A stretch of DNA of 64,000 bases from a virus, in IMG/VR virus record IMGVR_UViG_3300032241_002567, positions 1 to 64,000 of that record; one strand, 5' to 3'. Below the pieces are notes generated by a model that saw nothing but the letters and a program-made list of their open reading frames with translations, made no database searches and was not told where the DNA came from. Shown in pieces: positions 10,304 through 20,437 of the stretch (the first letter of the stretch is position 1; the number at the start of each line of letters is the position of its first letter). The position numbers and the translations under genes are program-made.

Positions 10304-10361
10304 AATGTTTTTCTTTTATATATTTTTAATATAGGTTTGGTATAAATCTATTTTTTGACTT

Positions 10362-11573
10362 CTATATAGAAGCATCTTTAAAATTTCCTTCTTCAAACCC
10401 TAACTTAAAACTTTCAATTCCGGTTAATCCATTTAAAGTTGTTTTTAAATCATTAATACTTGATTGTTTTAATTTTCCATTTAAAGTGTATTGAATATCT
10501 CCTTGTATTTGGTCTAAACAAGAAATAACAATTTTTTTATTAGTCCATTGAGAGAAATTATTATCACATTCAATGGCATAATTTAAAAAATCTAAATCTA
10601 AAATAGATTTTCTAAATATACCTTGAAACGATGTATCAACATTAATTTCATTTTGGTTATTGATTAATTTTGGCTCAGGTAAATCTCTATTAGACATAAA
10701 TCCTAAACCATGACGAGTTTGATACGGTCTTGTAATATAATAAGTATCTATATATAACCAATCTTCTGGATTTAAATCAAATTCAGCATTTAAACCAGTT
10801 CCAAAACGATTTAATAAATTAAATACATTTTTAGAAGTTGTATTAGATCTTGTTACATTTGGGAAGAATCCAAAATCTTGGTCTAGTAAAATACCTTGTG
10901 CTCCTTCAAATATAAGGTGGTCATATCTTTCTTCAAAAAAATCTGCACCTTCGGATAGTTTATTAAACCCTAATCTTTTTTTTGATAAAATGCCTTCATT
11001 AATTAAAGTATCAATCGCATTAAACCAATTTTCTAATATATTATTAGGAATAGAAATTCCTTTATAATAATTTTTTATATTGGTCATTTTGGCTTTTAAA
11101 ACCGTATTATTAAATAAGTCTGAAACATACAACTTATAAAAAGATTCTTGCCTTTTAAGAGTTGTGCCAAATCCAACACCAACAGAACCATGATTATTTT
11201 TTGATTCTAAATCTATGTTTGCGAAAACATCGTAAGGTGTTGTGACAGGACACAGAGGATCAAAGAATATTTGTGGTTGTAAATGTAAGTTATATTCTTT
11301 AAGTTTATTCCATTCATTAAGTAGAGCGATTGGATAAACGGTGCAGTATTCTGACCAAAATGTAGGAACATTTTGTAGTGTGCCTGAACCAAAAGAAGAA
11401 AACGTATGACGCACACCATTATGTAGAACGGTATGCCCTGCTTGGTGCCCACCATTGAAGCGAATAACTAAAGGACGTTGTTTTAATTCTTTTGCTTGTG
11501 TGCATAGCCAATTAGTAAAAGAACCTTTACCTTCGTCGCCAAATTGAGTTCCGAGAATGATTGAATATTTCAT
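10362..11573 (-). CDS. purA: Adenylosuccinate synthetase-like protein
   Basis: GTQFGDEGKG, RFNGGHQAGHT, FEGAQGILLD, PNVTRSNT, TRHG. Confidence 0.85.
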   Translation of the reverse strand: MKYSIILGTQFGDEGKGSFTNWLCTQAKELKQRPLVIRFNGGHQAGHTVLHNGVRHTFSSFGSGTLQNVPTFWSEYCTVYPIALLNEWNKLKEYNLHLQPQIFFDPLCPVTTPYDVFANIDLESKNNHGSVGVGFGTTLKRQESFYKLYVSDLFNNTVLKAKMTNIKNYYKGISIPNNILENWFNAIDTLINEGILSKKRLGFNKLSEGADFFEERYDHLIFEGAQGILLDQDFGFFPNVTRSNTTSKNVFNLLNRFGTGLNAEFDLNPEDWLYIDTYYITRPYQTRHGLGFMSNRDLPEPKLINNQNEINVDTSFQGIFRKSILDLDFLNYAIECDNNFSQWTNKKIVISCLDQIQGDIQYTLNGKLKQSSINDLKTTLNGLTGIESFKLGFEEGNFKDASI

Positions 11574-11610
11574 AAATTACTTTTTGTAAAGATACGAAAT
11601 TTTTCTGAAA

Positions 11611-12036
11611 TTAAGAAACTTTTCTTAATTTATCAGGATTATAACCCATCTTTATAAGAATATTTCGTCTTTCTTGTTCATTTTTTTTATCTTTTACTTT
11701 TTTTGTATATTCTTTTTTATTTTTAGATAAGTCTCTTTTATCAATAATTTTATTTACAATATCTTTAAGATTATCACGACTGGTTGTAGAATGCTCATTT
11801 ATTACTTTTACTTGGTTAGTAGAATAATGTTCGAAACCTTTGCTAATCATTAAATGCTTGAAATTAGCACGCTTCATCACCAGTGAAGCTTTTGAAGTGC
11901 CAATTACGCTTTCAGCTAATTCAGTTTCATCTTTTACCAAGAGACCTTCTGTCCCAAACTTTTGGCAATAAAAAGCAATAAGTTCGTCTTCTTCGCTCCA
12001 GTTATGTGTTTCCACAATTTTAGTTAATTTTTTCAT
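11611..12036 (-). CDS. Hypothetical protein
   Basis: ORF. Confidence 0.55.
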   Translation of the reverse strand: MKKLTKIVETHNWSEEDELIAFYCQKFGTEGLLVKDETELAESVIGTSKASLVMKRANFKHLMISKGFEHYSTNQVKVINEHSTTSRDNLKDIVNKIIDKRDLSKNKKEYTKKVKDKKNEQERRNILIKMGYNPDKLRKVS

Positions 12037-12055
12037 TTTAGTTAAATTTTAATTG

Positions 12056-12199
12056 TTATATTATTGTATAAGGTGGATTTGGATTATAGACACATAATTT
12101 AGCAGTAAAGGTTTTGTCATCATATTCGTTTAAAATTTGTAAATCGCCATGTTTTTTTACCAAATCTCGTAATTTTTTTATCAATTCTGTTGCTTTCAT
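12056..12199 (-). CDS. Small hypothetical protein (47 aa)
   Basis: Manual translation MKATELIKKLRDLVKKHGDLQI...; fills the gap between co-oriented genes. Confidence 0.5.
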   Translation of the reverse strand: MKATELIKKLRDLVKKHGDLQILNEYDDKTFTAKLCVYNPNPPYTII

Positions 12200-12231
12200 A
12201 ATTTAATTATTAGTTATATTGTTTTCTGCTG

Positions 12232-12630
12232 TTAATTCATTTTTCCTTCAATTAACATTTCTCTAACTCTTGTCCAATCAACAAAAGGTCTATCTCCGTT
12301 TTGTGGATAGATAAGAGGGCAACCGAGTGCTGCATCATCGATGTAAAGATTGGCGTAACATTTATTAGATTTAGTCCAATTTCTTTGAGTGGGATTATAT
12401 TGCACTCCCCAAAGTTTTATATCATTATTTTTAAACCAATTAATAGCATCTTGTAATTCTTTACCATCTCTCATGGTAAAGAGTATTAAATCGTGTCCTA
12501 AATTAACTAATTCTTTAAGTACTGGAATAGAGCCGATGTCGGCACCGACTTTTGGATATTCATGTGTGACGCAAGTTCCATCAAAATCGATGGCGATAGC
12601 GAGTTTATCTTTTTGTTTTTGTTTTGCCAT
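12232..12630 (-). CDS. HAD-superfamily hydrolase
   Basis: IAIDFDGT, LFTMR, K.YANLYIDD. Confidence 0.85.
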   Translation of the reverse strand: MAKQKQKDKLAIAIDFDGTCVTHEYPKVGADIGSIPVLKELVNLGHDLILFTMRDGKELQDAINWFKNNDIKLWGVQYNPTQRNWTKSNKCYANLYIDDAALGCPLIYPQNGDRPFVDWTRVREMLIEGKMN

Positions 12631-12645
12631 AATATAAATATTGGT

Positions 12646-12676
12646 TCCAAGAATACACTTTCGTTGTATTCTTGGA
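12646..12676. terminator. Intergenic stem-loop (12-bp stem), possible terminator or processing site
   Basis: tccaagaataca-ctttcgt-tgtattcttgga; no clear U-tract. Confidence 0.45.
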
Positions 12677-12681
12677 GTTGA

Positions 12682-13620
12682 TTAAAGTGCTACTATACCT
12701 GTATTTTGAGAAAAAGTAGTAACCGAGGTATTTACTTTTGCAAGAGCAGTTTTTACTCTATCTGCTGTTATAGTGTCAAAAGATGAAGTAACTGTATCAA
12801 TAGTCACACCATTCATCACTGCTATTGTTGAAGCAATTATTTCAGCGACATCATTATAGTCATCCATAATGATTAATCTTTCACCCAAAAGGTCTTTCCA
12901 ATAGTTTAAAACTTGTGGATCGTCTTTATAAGATGTTTGATTAGCGTGTATATGAAAAACATGATACATACGTTGTGCGCTTTCTAACATTTCTTTATCA
13001 GTCATATCTTGACCTGCTTCATAGCCAAATATTTCTATTTGCTCTTCTGCTGTAAATAGACGATGATTTTTTTCATCACCAATAGTAAATAAGAAACCTT
13101 TTTTACCTCTTATTTCGTAGCAATCAATAGAAGTATGTTTGCCGGCAAAATAGTGTGCAAGACAATATGATTCGCAACTATTTCCACCACCACCACCTTC
13201 TATATAAACAGAAGAAAGGCATTTAATCAATTCATCTGTACCGGATTCAAATTGACCAACTTGAAGTGGATATTTATCTGAACGCATACCTGTATTGTGG
13301 TCACCGATAGCACCAAAGAAAACAGCGGCATCTTTAACTCCGTGGTTAATTAATGTGCTCATGATTTTGTCTAATTTTTCTTTGATTATAATTTCAGGTA
13401 TTTTACCCATAGAACCAGTTACATCTAACCAAACCATTATTGCTAATGATTCTGGATGTACATTTGAATCTCTTGCTTCTCGGAATGTGATTCCTTTTGG
13501 GTCCATTGTTGAAGCAATAGTTCTAGTTTTATTTTGTGTGAAAATGTCGTCAGCTGCTTTTGTTTTAGCGGAGCTGGAAAAGTACGAATAAGCATCGTGG
13601 CTGTAGGATGAACTTCCCAT
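12682..13620 (-). CDS. vWA-domain protein
   Basis: MIDAS LDVTGSMG, GAIGD, EGGGGGN..ESY, FTIGDE. Confidence 0.85.
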   Translation of the reverse strand: MGSSSYSHDAYSYFSSSAKTKAADDIFTQNKTRTIASTMDPKGITFREARDSNVHPESLAIMVWLDVTGSMGKIPEIIIKEKLDKIMSTLINHGVKDAAVFFGAIGDHNTGMRSDKYPLQVGQFESGTDELIKCLSSVYIEGGGGGNSCESYCLAHYFAGKHTSIDCYEIRGKKGFLFTIGDEKNHRLFTAEEQIEIFGYEAGQDMTDKEMLESAQRMYHVFHIHANQTSYKDDPQVLNYWKDLLGERLIIMDDYNDVAEIIASTIAVMNGVTIDTVTSSFDTITADRVKTALAKVNTSVTTFSQNTGIVAL

Positions 13621-13626
13621 AATTGT

Positions 13627-13839
13627 TTAGTTTAATTCTTTAATAATTTGTTTTAAAGATTCTGTTTTATCTTTTGCGTCAGTATATTGTGTGACTAACT
13701 TATCCATTTCTTCTGTGTGTTGTGGATGTTCGCCAATTGCTACTGGATTTTTTGCATAAACTTCGAATCTTGCGATTGCATCATCCATTTCTGCTTGATA
13801 CTTAGAAAGGAGAGCTTTTACTAATCTGTTTTTTTCCAT
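13627..13839 (-). CDS. Small conserved phage protein
   Basis: Y..NPVAIGEHP motif, coiled-coil character. Confidence 0.6.
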   Translation of the reverse strand: MEKNRLVKALLSKYQAEMDDAIARFEVYAKNPVAIGEHPQHTEEMDKLVTQYTDAKDKTESLKQIIKELN

Positions 13840-13952
13840 TTTATTCGTATTTGAATGTTACTTTTTGTTTCTTCGGTAATTGGTTGATAGTCTGTAGCAC
13901 TATTCCACAATTCGTCCCATAAATTTTTGTCAATCATTTTCTATATTTTTAT

Positions 13953-14213
13953 TTAAAAATTGTAATCATCAACTTCACCAATGAAGTATTTTTGAATATA
14001 TTGCCCTCCACCACCTGGTGAGCCTAAACAATAAGTTTCCCAATCATTCCAAGAAAGATCGCCTAAATGGAAACCTTCTTTTTTTAATAATTGGACTCTG
14101 TTATAATAATCTTCGTAAGTTTCTTTACCTTCTTTTGGTGAAGGATATTCTCCTTTATAATTTTCACCAGAAAAGGTTTTACCAACCATACTGCCGTCAT
14201 CGTTTAATTTCAT
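13953..14213 (-). CDS. Hypothetical protein
   Basis: ORF. Confidence 0.5.
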   Translation of the reverse strand: MKLNDDGSMVGKTFSGENYKGEYPSPKEGKETYEDYYNRVQLLKKEGFHLGDLSWNDWETYCLGSPGGGGQYIQKYFIGEVDDYNF

Positions 14214-14214
14214 A

Positions 14215-14421
14215 TTAATATAAAATTTTATTTATTTGTTTTTCTCTAAATTCTGCAAGTGTAATAAACCTATTTTCTGGAAACCATCCTAACTTGTTTA
14301 TTTCATAACCAGGTTTTTTGTATAGATTTTGCGTATATGTTTTTTCTACAAACTGTCCTTCGTAAACTTTTAATAATTCCAATGGTGCTTCATTTACCAA
14401 ACTTACTAATTGTATTATCAT
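14215..14421 (-). CDS. Hypothetical protein with C-terminal REKQINKIL motif
   Basis: ORF; ends LAEFREKQINKILY. Confidence 0.55.
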   Translation of the reverse strand: MIIQLVSLVNEAPLELLKVYEGQFVEKTYTQNLYKKPGYEINKLGWFPENRFITLAEFREKQINKILY

Positions 14422-14636
14422 ACTATTGAATATATTTGCATTCCATTATTAATTATCTCAAACTTTTTCTGAGACATTTCTGTTTCTGAATCAAATTTTA
14501 GAATTTTTAGGATGTTATTTGGATAACTCCAATATTCTATCTTTTTATCAAAATCTTCTTTTGACAATTCACCCCAGTTATGATAACTTGGTTTTGGAAA
14601 TAAGGGATTTTTAATTTCTACTAAATAGTATTTCAT
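14418..14636 (-). CDS. Hypothetical protein
   Basis: Coupled ORF. Confidence 0.5.
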   Translation of the reverse strand: MKYYLVEIKNPLFPKPSYHNWGELSKEDFDKKIEYWSYPNNILKILKFDSETEMSQKKFEIINNGMQIYSIV

Positions 14637-15523
14637 ATATGCAAAGGTATAAATTTTTTCTCAAAATTTTTATCTAACATATCTCTATAATCAAAAAATG
14701 CTTGTATGGGATCAGTATGTTTCTTTTGACAAAAATCTAAAAATGGAATTGAATGGGTTTTTCTTAAACTATTACCTATGCCAGATTTATCACCAAGTAA
14801 CCAAATAGCCGTTCTCTTACATAAATCTATATCTATATCAGGTTTAGCAATTTTATCCTTTTTAACATGTTCTGGATACATATATAGCCATTTGCCAGAG
14901 GCGGTTCCCATTTTTTTCCCTATTTCTGTCATATGATAAAACGACATAACATTTATACCATGATTAATTGGCTCAACGAAAACCGAATCAGGATTTATTC
15001 CAGCATGCACATATCCCTTTTTATGAATATATGAAATAAACTCTAACATTCTTGATAGAATCCAATTGACATGTGCTTGAGTTAATGTTCCAATCGAAGA
15101 AAGAGGTAAGGTGCGTAGTTTTGTTTTAAACTCTAAATTAGTATCTAATTTAGCAGTTTCGGGTAAGTATCTCTGGAAGTCAATATCCATTTTATCTTTG
15201 AAAGACATTAATTTTGAAAAATGTTTTAAAGAAGTTTCTAAAATAGGTTTTATACCTTCTATTGATATAGAATTGATTTTATATGTAATTTGTCCAGCAT
15301 CGTCAGAATAGGTTTTACCTTTTTCTAACTCTTCTTTCCATTGGTTTAATATAGCAAGTGCTTCTTTTGCTCCTGGTTCTTTACAGATGTCAGGATGAAT
15401 AAGTTTTGCCATTTTTTTATATTCTTGAAGCCAATTATTTATATCGTTAAATGCGTCTATATAAGATTTGCCGGATTTAAGTTTTTCGATTGTATCTTTG
15501 GCTCCTAATTCAACAGTAGTCAT
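14633..15523 (-). CDS. J-domain fused to a degenerate protein-kinase-like domain
   Basis: YKKMAKLIHPD (HPD); WILSRML...IHKKGYVHAGINPDSVFV (altered catalytic loop). Confidence 0.7.
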   Translation of the reverse strand: MTTVELGAKDTIEKLKSGKSYIDAFNDINNWLQEYKKMAKLIHPDICKEPGAKEALAILNQWKEELEKGKTYSDDAGQITYKINSISIEGIKPILETSLKHFSKLMSFKDKMDIDFQRYLPETAKLDTNLEFKTKLRTLPLSSIGTLTQAHVNWILSRMLEFISYIHKKGYVHAGINPDSVFVEPINHGINVMSFYHMTEIGKKMGTASGKWLYMYPEHVKKDKIAKPDIDIDLCKRTAIWLLGDKSGIGNSLRKTHSIPFLDFCQKKHTDPIQAFFDYRDMLDKNFEKKFIPLHI

Positions 15524-15524
15524 A

Positions 15525-15752
15525 TTATTTAGTTTGAGTGCAAGATACTAATAATTTTTGATTTTTGAAAAAATCAACCCATTTTTTCTCACATAAATAT
15601 TTTGTTAATTCAATATCAAGAAAGTCGTAATAAACTATAGCACATATATTACAATGACAAATAAAGTCATCAAGTGATTGAAAATTATTTGGTTTCATAA
15701 CACTTGAATTAACAAATTTAATAAAGGTTTCTTTAGTTGTTGTCTTCTTCAT
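15525..15752 (-). CDS. Hypothetical protein
   Basis: ORF. Confidence 0.45.
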   Translation of the reverse strand: MKKTTTKETFIKFVNSSVMKPNNFQSLDDFICHCNICAIVYYDFLDIELTKYLCEKKWVDFFKNQKLLVSCTQTK

Positions 15753-16827
15753 CTATTTTTATGTTAGCAATCTCTTGGATATAACCATTAGTATTTTTTA
15801 AACTATATTTAATTTTTATATTTTCTGGTGTATTATTAAATAATGCTTTTTGTTTAAATGAAATATAATGGAAAGTATCTAAATAAGGATATTTTCTAAA
15901 ATCAAGTTTTTTAAGTGTAACTTTTAATTTATGCTTAATATTATGAGATTTTTTATATCCTAATTCTTTGCAGATATTTGAATAAACATGTTCAAACCAA
16001 TCTTGTGTATAATAAATTCTGTCATGATATAAATTGCCATCGTCACATTTCCAAATTAATGTGCGACCAGCAATTTTATCTTTATCTTCTACATCATAAA
16101 AAACTAATAAAGAAATATTCTCTGGATTATGTGTGTAAAGTTTTAACAAATCTTTTTTATCCGACATACAAGAATTGTGAAGAGTGCCTTTACCTTTACA
16201 GTAAAAAGAATTTGAATAGCCTTTGATAATATCCTGTCCTGTTAAGATATCATATTTAACTTCAGAGGTGTGAGCCGCCATCCATTGGTTGTGTAATTTT
16301 TGAATATCTTTATCTAAAAATTTAAATGGTTGGTTTTTAGGATTTGTTGTAATTTTTTGATTAAAAGCGTTTATTAATTTACCTATAAGACGCCCAAGTT
16401 TGATAGATAATTTTTTATTTCTTTTTTTAGAATGTAATTCAACAAAGCCTTGTTTGTCTGATTCTGAAATTATTTCATATTTATCAATCTCTCCTAATTT
16501 TAGATAGAAAAGTGGATAAAGATTAATTTGATTCGATAAAAATATACGGAAGCCTCTAGTAATTGAATCATCCGGGTGTTTAAAATTTTTTTCAACTTCT
16601 ATTTTATGAAAAATAAAATTATCTGATGATTCTTCTAATCTAAAAAACCAAGCATATTTATATTTTGTTTTAATTGGTGTATCATCATACCAATAAGAGC
16701 GTTCATTATGTAGTATGTAATATTCATCATCATCTGGTATATGAATTTGTCCTTGAATTATTGTATCATTATAAAAAAATGTAATTTCGTCTCCATCATT
16801 AAATTCATTGTTATTAATTTTAATCAT
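15733..16827 (-). CDS. Phage hypothetical protein (SCM...GR.LIW...DRIY...PYLDT pattern)
   Basis: LHNSCM, AGRTLIW, YHDRIY, YPYLDTF. Confidence 0.65.
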   Translation of the reverse strand: MIKINNNEFNDGDEITFFYNDTIIQGQIHIPDDDEYYILHNERSYWYDDTPIKTKYKYAWFFRLEESSDNFIFHKIEVEKNFKHPDDSITRGFRIFLSNQINLYPLFYLKLGEIDKYEIISESDKQGFVELHSKKRNKKLSIKLGRLIGKLINAFNQKITTNPKNQPFKFLDKDIQKLHNQWMAAHTSEVKYDILTGQDIIKGYSNSFYCKGKGTLHNSCMSDKKDLLKLYTHNPENISLLVFYDVEDKDKIAGRTLIWKCDDGNLYHDRIYYTQDWFEHVYSNICKELGYKKSHNIKHKLKVTLKKLDFRKYPYLDTFHYISFKQKALFNNTPENIKIKYSLKNTNGYIQEIANIKIDEEDNN

Positions 16828-16859
16828 ATTTGTTAGTAAACATTTAATTTTTATTCTTA

Positions 16860-16890
16860 CAAATATATTAATTAATTTTTACAAAACAAA
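16860..16890 (-). promoter_or_regulatory. Bacteroidota-type primary-sigma promoter (-33 TTTG / -7 TAnnTTTG)
   Basis: Minus strand TTTG-N19-TATATTTG, heading the long minus-strand gene run. Confidence 0.7.
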
Positions 16891-16921
16891 ATTTTTTTTA
16901 TATTTTTATAAGACTTATATT

Positions 16922-16930
16922 TAATATATA
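16922..16930 (+). promoter_or_regulatory. TAATATATA motif, putative late promoter (representative copy)
   Basis: The same 9-mer lies just upstream of at least 17 gene starts in the window. Confidence 0.6.
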
Positions 16931-16935
16931 AATAT

Positions 16936-18294
16936 ATGCGTAAATATTCAGAAGAATTCATTAATAATTCGGATATACTAAAAGGAGCAATAATTGGTTT
17001 TGAGTTCGAGTTTTACTTGAAAGATTTATCTTTTTATAAAACCTTAGAACTTCTAAATAAAATTTTAAATCCAGTTCAAATTCAAGGCTTTAGACATTAT
17101 CATCCAGATACTAAACCTACTGATAAATTATTTATTTTAACTCCCGACTTATCAGGTGGTTCAAATATGGTTGAGGTAATTACTGGACCACTTTCTTATT
17201 TTGAAGCAAAATATTATATGGTTAAAATTTTGAAATTCATTCAAGATTATGGTTATACAAATGAAAAGGCTTCTATACACTTTAATATATCTTTTGTAAA
17301 TAAAGATTTGAAAGAGTTAAATATATTAAAAATGATTCTTGGAATGAATGAAGATGAGATTTATACTTCATTTCCAACAAGAAAAAATAATGTTTATGCC
17401 AAATCTATTAAAAGAATAATTCCATTTAGAGATTATGATTTTAAAGATATACCAATATCAACTGTTAAAAATAATCTAAGAATACCAGAAGATAAATATT
17501 ATGGTATTAATTTTCTACATATTAATAAGGATAAAGGAGAGCAAAGATTAGAATTTAGATATATTGGCGGAGATGGATATGAGAAAAATATAGGTGAATT
17601 AATTTATTTTTTAGATAAATTTATATTACAAGTATATAGTTGTATTGGTGTTGGATTTACAGAAAAGGATGAAAAAGATTTAGAAAATTATTTAGATAAA
17701 AATATTTCTAATTTCAAAACATTTGCTACTTATGAAAATTTTTTAGTTTCTTTTCCAAAGATTAATTTGCAGGTAAATCAGGTATCTGATTTTGAGATAG
17801 TTAATACTTTTTATAATCGTATTTTTGGTAAATTATATTCATTGGTTGAATCAACAGATAATTTACAGAATTGTATTTTAAATTGGCTTACGGATCAACA
17901 AAGATTAGAGGTAGTTGATGCTGATGTAAAATGTTTAATGAATGTTAATAATGTTGATTTTATAAATTGTAGATTAGAAGGTATTTTTGATAATTGTAGA
18001 ATTATTAATTCAAAGGTTAATGATTCTCAGTTATTAAAATGTCAGATTAATGGTACTGAAATTAATGGATCAAAAATACTTAATTCATCAGTTGAGAAAT
18101 CTGAAGTGAAAGATTCATTTGTAATGAATGGATATTTTGATTCAAATATGGAAGGTGGTGTATTTAGAAGCGGAAAACTTGGACCTTATGCTAATATAAG
18201 TTCGACTACTAAAATTGTTAGTGATTCAGATAATTTCTTTGATACAAAATTCGGAGAAAATGATAAAAATTCAGATAAAAAATCATTCAAATGA
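16936..18294 (+). CDS. Putative amidoligase (COOH-NH2 ligase) with C-terminal beta-helix-like region
   Basis: IGFEFEF, EVITGP, ASIHFN, KYYGIN, RLEFR. Confidence 0.7.
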   Translation: MRKYSEEFINNSDILKGAIIGFEFEFYLKDLSFYKTLELLNKILNPVQIQGFRHYHPDTKPTDKLFILTPDLSGGSNMVEVITGPLSYFEAKYYMVKILKFIQDYGYTNEKASIHFNISFVNKDLKELNILKMILGMNEDEIYTSFPTRKNNVYAKSIKRIIPFRDYDFKDIPISTVKNNLRIPEDKYYGINFLHINKDKGEQRLEFRYIGGDGYEKNIGELIYFLDKFILQVYSCIGVGFTEKDEKDLENYLDKNISNFKTFATYENFLVSFPKINLQVNQVSDFEIVNTFYNRIFGKLYSLVESTDNLQNCILNWLTDQQRLEVVDADVKCLMNVNNVDFINCRLEGIFDNCRIINSKVNDSQLLKCQINGTEINGSKILNSSVEKSEVKDSFVMNGYFDSNMEGGVFRSGKLGPYANISSTTKIVSDSDNFFDTKFGENDKNSDKKSFK

Positions 18295-18707
18295 AATATT
18301 TAAAATTATATGAAAATTATTGGGGAACAATTGGCGCCGGTATTGTTCCATTTTGCAAAACTACAAAAAAGTTTTTAATTGGATTTCGTTCTGCTTATGT
18401 TTATGAACCACATACTTGGGGTGGATTTGGTGGTAAACTTGATATAGACGAAGGAATTGAAGAAGCAATAGAAGAAGCAGCTGTTCGTGAGTTAGAAGAA
18501 GAAACTAGATATGATGGAGAAATTAAATTGTTAAAAGGATTTATTTTTACTGATCCAAAAGCTGGATTTGAATATCATAATTTTATAGGTTTAGTTATTG
18601 ATGAATTTAAACCAATATTAAATTGGGAAAATGAAAAAGCAGTTTGGATGACTTATAAAGAATTAATAGAATTACCAAAAAACATTTTGGATTACAAAGA
18701 TTCTTAA
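18291..18707 (+). CDS. NUDIX hydrolase (C-terminus probably frameshifted; alternative end 18742)
   Basis: GG...EEAAVRELEEET Nudix box; LNWEN. Confidence 0.85.
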   Translation: MKYLKLYENYWGTIGAGIVPFCKTTKKFLIGFRSAYVYEPHTWGGFGGKLDIDEGIEEAIEEAAVRELEEETRYDGEIKLLKGFIFTDPKAGFEYHNFIGLVIDEFKPILNWENEKAVWMTYKELIELPKNILDYKDS

Positions 18708-18760
18708 ACGAGTCCAAAGAAATGTTTGAATCGTTAATATAAATTATTTTTAAGAATTAT

Positions 18761-18791
18761 TTTGAAAATACAAATAGAATCTGTATATTTG
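18761..18791 (+). promoter_or_regulatory. Bacteroidota-type primary-sigma promoter
   Basis: TTTG-N19-TATATTTG, 20 nt upstream of the DHH gene. Confidence 0.7.
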
Positions 18792-18811
18792 CTCAAATAA
18801 TTTTTAAATAA

Positions 18812-20437
18812 ATGTCAGGAATCAAAAAAATCCGAAAAATTAGAAAAAATTACAATGAGGCTGAATTGTATTTTCATCAAGATTTAGATGGTGTCACTTC
18901 TTATTTAGCCATGAAATCTTATTTAGAGTCTCATAGAATTAAAGTTAAAGATTCACATGTGATTCAATATGGTAGTTTAGAGTTTAATGTAAAAAATACA
19001 AAAGAAGGACGACTTCCTGTTTTAGTTGATTTTGCACATATAAAAGATATATTTGTTATAGCAACAGACCATCATGATAATCAAGCAGGTGCTAATTATA
19101 GTATGTCAACTAATTTTAAGAAATCAAGGTCCAATGTTGAAACTATTTCTGGTGAAATTTCATCTTCTGATGTTTTTGAGCCAATTGATATTGAACTAAT
19201 TAAGACCATAGATTCTGCTGACTTTGTTAAATGGAATTTAACCCCAGAAGATATACAAGAATCTTGTTTTAAATTAGATAAAAAATTAACAGCTTCTCAA
19301 AATCGTTTCAAACTTGGATTGGTTGTTAATAGATTATTACTTGCCTTGAAGAATAAGAGAATTAAAGTTTTAAGTTTAGATAAAAAATTAGATCATCATA
19401 ATCGTAATTTATTAGAATGTTTAGTTAGTGATGCTACACCTAGTTTATATTCACTCTATCTTAATTTAAAACATTATATTAATAATGCTATTTGCTTTGA
19501 ATATAACCATGATATGCGTTCTTATCATGACCCGGTAAATCTCCCTACACAAGAGCAAATAAAAGAAAATCTATTTAATTATATCTTAACTAGAAAAGAA
19601 TATGTTTTACAAGGTGAAAACATAGTTAAAAATAATACATTATATTATAATGATGAGTATAAAATAGTTAAGCAGTTTGATATTGGAGAAACTTTTAAAA
19701 CAGGCTCATATGATAGATATGTTGTATTTAAGAATTTTCCAGAATCAGAATGGGTATGTAGTATTTATAAAATGGGATTAATACAAATTGCTTGTAATCC
19801 ATTTAATCCGATAAAACATAATATACATCTTGGTGAAATCACAAAAGAGTTATTGGAAAAGTGGAAAACAGTATTTCAAAATTTTAGAATTCCAATTACT
19901 GCTGTAAAAAGAATTGCTGAAGAAGAATCATTTAAATTAAAACAAAAATATGCTAATTATAAACCTATTGGATTTACTTGGAATGATTTAATTACTTTTT
20001 ATGGTGATTCAATTTTATATCAACCAAATCGGATAGATGGAGATTTAAAAACTATTGCTAATTTAGATATAAATAATTTATCAGACACTGAAGTGCAGTA
20101 TGTTAAACAAACTATGAATAAACTTTATTCAGATTGGAACTTTGTGGAAAGACAAGAAATGATGAATTATAAAATCTCAGCTTATAGTATTTTGAAAATA
20201 ATGTCGGGAGGTCATTCTTCAATAACTAATTTACAAGGATTTAATTATTTAGAAGAAAGACCTGATGCTATTCAAAAATTTTTTGGTGGTATAAAGATTC
20301 AAAAATTTAATCAAAATGGCGAAATGTATTATAAATACATTTCTAATTCTGAAGATTTGTTACATTTTTTTGCTACTGAATACATACAAATACTTAAGTC
20401 TGCTTTGAAACAACCGAAGATTGACCTTGTGGGGTAG
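18812..20437 (+). CDS. DHH-family phosphoesterase
   Basis: FHQDLDG, LVDF, TDHH, IDSAD, SGGH. Confidence 0.75.
   Translation: MSGIKKIRKIRKNYNEAELYFHQDLDGVTSYLAMKSYLESHRIKVKDSHVIQYGSLEFNVKNTKEGRLPVLVDFAHIKDIFVIATDHHDNQAGANYSMSTNFKKSRSNVETISGEISSSDVFEPIDIELIKTIDSADFVKWNLTPEDIQESCFKLDKKLTASQNRFKLGLVVNRLLLALKNKRIKVLSLDKKLDHHNRNLLECLVSDATPSLYSLYLNLKHYINNAICFEYNHDMRSYHDPVNLPTQEQIKENLFNYILTRKEYVLQGENIVKNNTLYYNDEYKIVKQFDIGETFKTGSYDRYVVFKNFPESEWVCSIYKMGLIQIACNPFNPIKHNIHLGEITKELLEKWKTVFQNFRIPITAVKRIAEEESFKLKQKYANYKPIGFTWNDLITFYGDSILYQPNRIDGDLKTIANLDINNLSDTEVQYVKQTMNKLYSDWNFVERQEMMNYKISAYSILKIMSGGHSSITNLQGFNYLEERPDAIQKFFGGIKIQKFNQNGEMYYKYISNSEDLLHFFATEYIQILKSALKQPKIDLVG

Noticed and set aside
10362-11573. 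PurZ (2-aminoadenine, Z-genome) synthase
   Set aside because: It keeps the PurA-type GDEGKG with catalytic Asp rather than the PurZ-type GSxGKG, and no dATPase or MazZ-like partner is recognisable in the window.
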